A DNA stretch of 63,741 nucleotides, counting the filler, from Ferroacidibacillus organovorans (GTDB lineage: Bacteria; Bacillota; Bacilli; Alicyclobacillales; SLC66): NCBI RefSeq assembly GCF_001642725.1. It is 4 parts of 4 records of this genome, joined end to end, with 100 filler letters (N's around TTAATTAATTAA, not from the genome) between each part and the next. Parts side by side here need not be neighbours in the genome. Positions count along the whole stretch, not along the records: positions 49,166 to 63,741 come from NZ_LSUQ01000063.1; 3 more parts are not named here. One strand, written 5' to 3'. Positions 61,120 to 63,741 of the stretch are shown here, one piece after another. The stretch's first letter is position 1. Each line of letters opens with the position of its first letter. The notes beneath the pieces were generated by a model. That model worked only from the letters and a program-made list of their open reading frames with translations. It did no database searches and had not been told where the DNA came from. A program made the position numbers and the translations under genes.

Positions 61120-61824
61120 ATGGCTGAACCGCGTGCGGGTCAGGCTTTTTACCACGCGTACCGTTCTTTATTCAAGGTCAAAACGGTTCTCTACCAGATT
61201 GGCGATGTACGGCTCTGGATGCCCATCGACCAGGATCTCATCCTGCTCTGGCTACAGATCTTTCTCGTGTTCGTCTTTTTCTACTACGTGATCCCGATTC
61301 TCAAATGGCTCTCCCCGTTTGGTCCAGCACTCACCCTCAGTGTCGGCCCGGCTGCCCTCGCGTACACCCTGCACAAACTCGATCCAGCCGGGAAGTCGAC
61401 GTCCGCCTATCTACGGGGAATTCTGCTCTTCTTGGTGCGCAAGAAGCACATCCGGCGCTTCGAGCGCATGGCGCTACCACGCGCACGCCGCGCGCTGCGC
61501 TGGTCCCTCTCCGCGAGGCGTTACCACACGGTCGACCTGGCGGACAGATGCCGCATTCGCTTCTTTCTTGCTGAACCACTCGACGGCCAACTCGAACCTA
61601 GGTCCACCTTGCGCGTGTACCCGAAAGCGCGGCTGCGCTGGCACAAACGAACCCATCGCTTCTCCCTCACACCGCTGCCCGACAAACGACTCCTGCATAT
61701 CGACGACGTTCGGACAAAGCGCGGAAAGCGCATTTGGGTCTGGACCGTGACCGCGCCAGCGGATCTCACACTTACCGCATCGGACGCATCTGTCCAAACC
61801 CACCCGAGGAGGGGTGACAGATGA
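61120..61824 (+). CDS. TcpE family conjugal transfer membrane protein
   Basis: YRSLFKV..LYQIGDVRL, two TM segments, DPAGK; precedes the VirB4-like gene. Confidence 0.75.
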   Translation: MAEPRAGQAFYHAYRSLFKVKTVLYQIGDVRLWMPIDQDLILLWLQIFLVFVFFYYVIPILKWLSPFGPALTLSVGPAALAYTLHKLDPAGKSTSAYLRGILLFLVRKKHIRRFERMALPRARRALRWSLSARRYHTVDLADRCRIRFFLAEPLDGQLEPRSTLRVYPKARLRWHKRTHRFSLTPLPDKRLLHIDDVRTKRGKRIWVWTVTAPADLTLTASDASVQTHPRRGDR

Positions 61825-63741
61825 AGTGTCCCATTCTCTACTATGAGCAAAACGTCTATTTCGACGCAAGGCTTCAGGCGTGGGCTGCCTACCGCATACC
61901 CCAGCAGCCCTACGCCTTTTCGTCTCAGGAGAAAAAGCGCGCCATTGTCGATCAACTTCGCGGTTTCCTGCATGCACATCGTGGTGCCTGTCACCTGCTC
62001 TCCCTGACGGACGACATTCGTCCAACAGGATTCTTTCAGGGCGGCGATGGCCACAGTGCAGAATTCGAGCGATACCGCGCTGCGGTCATTGAAAAGGTCG
62101 CCAACCAACGGCCGTGGCGCCGTTCCCTGTTCCTGCTCGTAAAGCTTCCACGCTCCCGGTTTTCCGTACCAGACCTCGATCTTGCCGCACCTGGACGAAC
62201 ACTCGCGTCGCTCCGTGGTTTTGCAACAGGCCTTGGCCGAACACTGCAACAACAATTCCTGTCTGCCCCATCTGGTGAAATGGACCGCCAAGTGCTCGTT
62301 GACACCCTCTCTGCGGAATCGCTTGTCGCTCAGTCTGTTCACGCAGCACTCGGAGGCGAACGGCTGCAAAGCACAGACCTCGAATGGCTCCTGTGCCACC
62401 CGTTTCATCGTGCTCTTCCGGGCGCATCCGTGCCGCACTTGGGACTCGAACCGAGTTATCAAATCGCCGTACGCGGAGAACGGGTGATGCTCCGGCCACG
62501 CAAGTCCCTGCCCATTCTTATCACGGGAGACAGCGTAATCGAGGAACGACTGCGCACACTCGTCATTCATCATCAGGATGATGGCACACGACAAAGTTGG
62601 CAGACGTTTTTCTTTCTCGTCGATGTGCCAGAAGAGGTTTCCGACATCGGACAGGAGTGGCTGTATCGCCTCGACGACCTATCCGATCCGGTCGAGTGCA
62701 GTATCCACCTCGAAATGGAAGCGCCACACACAGCGGCTGCTGGGCTTGAACGCAGCCGCAAAGCGCTCAAAGATCAGCAACGGGAGTTTGTGGACGGAAC
62801 AGGTGACCTGCCGCTTACGCTGGAATGGGCGGGCGATCGCGGACGTCACCTCGAACACAAACTCCAGCACGGCATGCCACTGGTCCATGCGACCGTGACG
62901 TTCGCGGTTTTCGCACCGACCCGCATAGAACTGGAGGCGCGTTCAACCCAATTTGCCCAACTGTGCAGTACGCTGCGTCTGCGCGTGGTGCGCTCGCCAG
63001 GAGATCAGGCGCAAGGCTTTCTGAACAGCCTACCTGGAACCGACCTGGAGAAAAAGCCGTGGTCCATCCCCATGGATCCAGGGTATCTCGCAGCAGGTGT
63101 TCCGCACGGTAGCCGGGACGCGGGAGACCCGACCGGGGATTACATCGGACAAACGCGCCAAGGCACGCCCGTGCTGCTGGACTTGGCCCGCCCGATGTCA
63201 CGGGAACTCAATCGCAGCGGTGCCGTCGGCATTGTCGGCACGCTTGGCGGTGGAAAGTCGGTCCTGAAGAAGCTTCTCTTTTACCTGGCCTTCAACCGGG
63301 GCGGCAGTATTTTTTCCATAGACCCAAAGGACGAGGACGGTTGCTTCACAGGCATCCCTGAGATTGCAAAAGGACTCACCGTCCTTCGTCTATCTGCCGG
63401 ATCACGAACACAAATCAACCCGTTTCGGATGGCGCAAAGTGAAGAACGCAGTCATGCCATCGCGCACGACTACCTGAGCCTGCTTCTTGACGGCCAGCGA
63501 AATGACGAGCGTGCGGACATCATCATGGAGGCCGTCGAGCGAACGTTTGCCACCCCGTCACGAGACCTCCATCGCGTGATGACCGAGTTGCAGAAACTCA
63601 GCCAATCGAACGGACACGAGGCCATGCGCGCGGAGGCCAGGCGGTGCTTCACCCGGCTTCAGGGATACACGAAAAGTCCGTACGGCCGATTGGTGTTCGC
63701 ACGCGATGACGGGGTCAGTTCACTGCCCGACACGCGATTCG
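61821..63741 (+). CDS. VirB4-like (ConE/TcpF) conjugation ATPase, 3'-partial
   Basis: MKCPILYYEQNVYF start; Walker A GTLGGGKS, IDPKDE, INPF; runs off the window, so absent from the ORF track. Confidence 0.85.
   Translation, partial: MKCPILYYEQNVYFDARLQAWAAYRIPQQPYAFSSQEKKRAIVDQLRGFLHAHRGACHLLSLTDDIRPTGFFQGGDGHSAEFERYRAAVIEKVANQRPWRRSLFLLVKLPRSRFSVPDLDLAAPGRTLASLRGFATGLGRTLQQQFLSAPSGEMDRQVLVDTLSAESLVAQSVHAALGGERLQSTDLEWLLCHPFHRALPGASVPHLGLEPSYQIAVRGERVMLRPRKSLPILITGDSVIEERLRTLVIHHQDDGTRQSWQTFFFLVDVPEEVSDIGQEWLYRLDDLSDPVECSIHLEMEAPHTAAAGLERSRKALKDQQREFVDGTGDLPLTLEWAGDRGRHLEHKLQHGMPLVHATVTFAVFAPTRIELEARSTQFAQLCSTLRLRVVRSPGDQAQGFLNSLPGTDLEKKPWSIPMDPGYLAAGVPHGSRDAGDPTGDYIGQTRQGTPVLLDLARPMSRELNRSGAVGIVGTLGGGKSVLKKLLFYLAFNRGGSIFSIDPKDEDGCFTGIPEIAKGLTVLRLSAGSRTQINPFRMAQSEERSHAIAHDYLSLLLDGQRNDERADIIMEAVERTFATPSRDLHRVMTELQKLSQSNGHEAMRAEARRCFTRLQGYTKSPYGRLVFARDDGVSSLPDTRF

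Overview
The window holds four contigs from a Bacillota genome (Alicyclobacillaceae-like, inferred from gene content). They are joined by artificial N-TTAATTAATTAA-N linkers at 17044-17143, 33439-33538 and 49066-49165. Contig 1 (1-17043) is ordinary chromosome: glucosidase plus sugar ABC, ABC exporter plus two-component system, DoxX, a c-di-AMP riboswitch with a LysM cell-wall hydrolase, qoxABCD, MFS, a YutJ-like oxidoreductase and an S9 peptidase. Contigs 2-4 are accessory DNA with two related conjugative elements (VirD4-like coupling protein plus Replic_Relax protein; one decayed, one apparently intact) and a long co-oriented tract of small detoxification and stress genes. Main observations: (1) an integron-like cassette array, in which a pseudogenised XerC/D-type recombinase heads a tract whose genes are separated by a degenerate ~33-bp site with inverted outer arms and an asymmetric GGGCAG-type core. 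Contig 3 (reversed) and contig 2 join in frame through an IS3-split phosphotransferase gene, giving one tract of about 25 kb. (2) A yyaL 5' fragment with a 54-nt coding gap, matched TCG codons, an immediate stop and a 14-bp hairpin, the signature of translational bypassing. (3) A trpS preceded by both a Trp T-box and a Trp-Trp-Trp leader ORF that overlaps its start. All calls were made by eye; no database searches were run.
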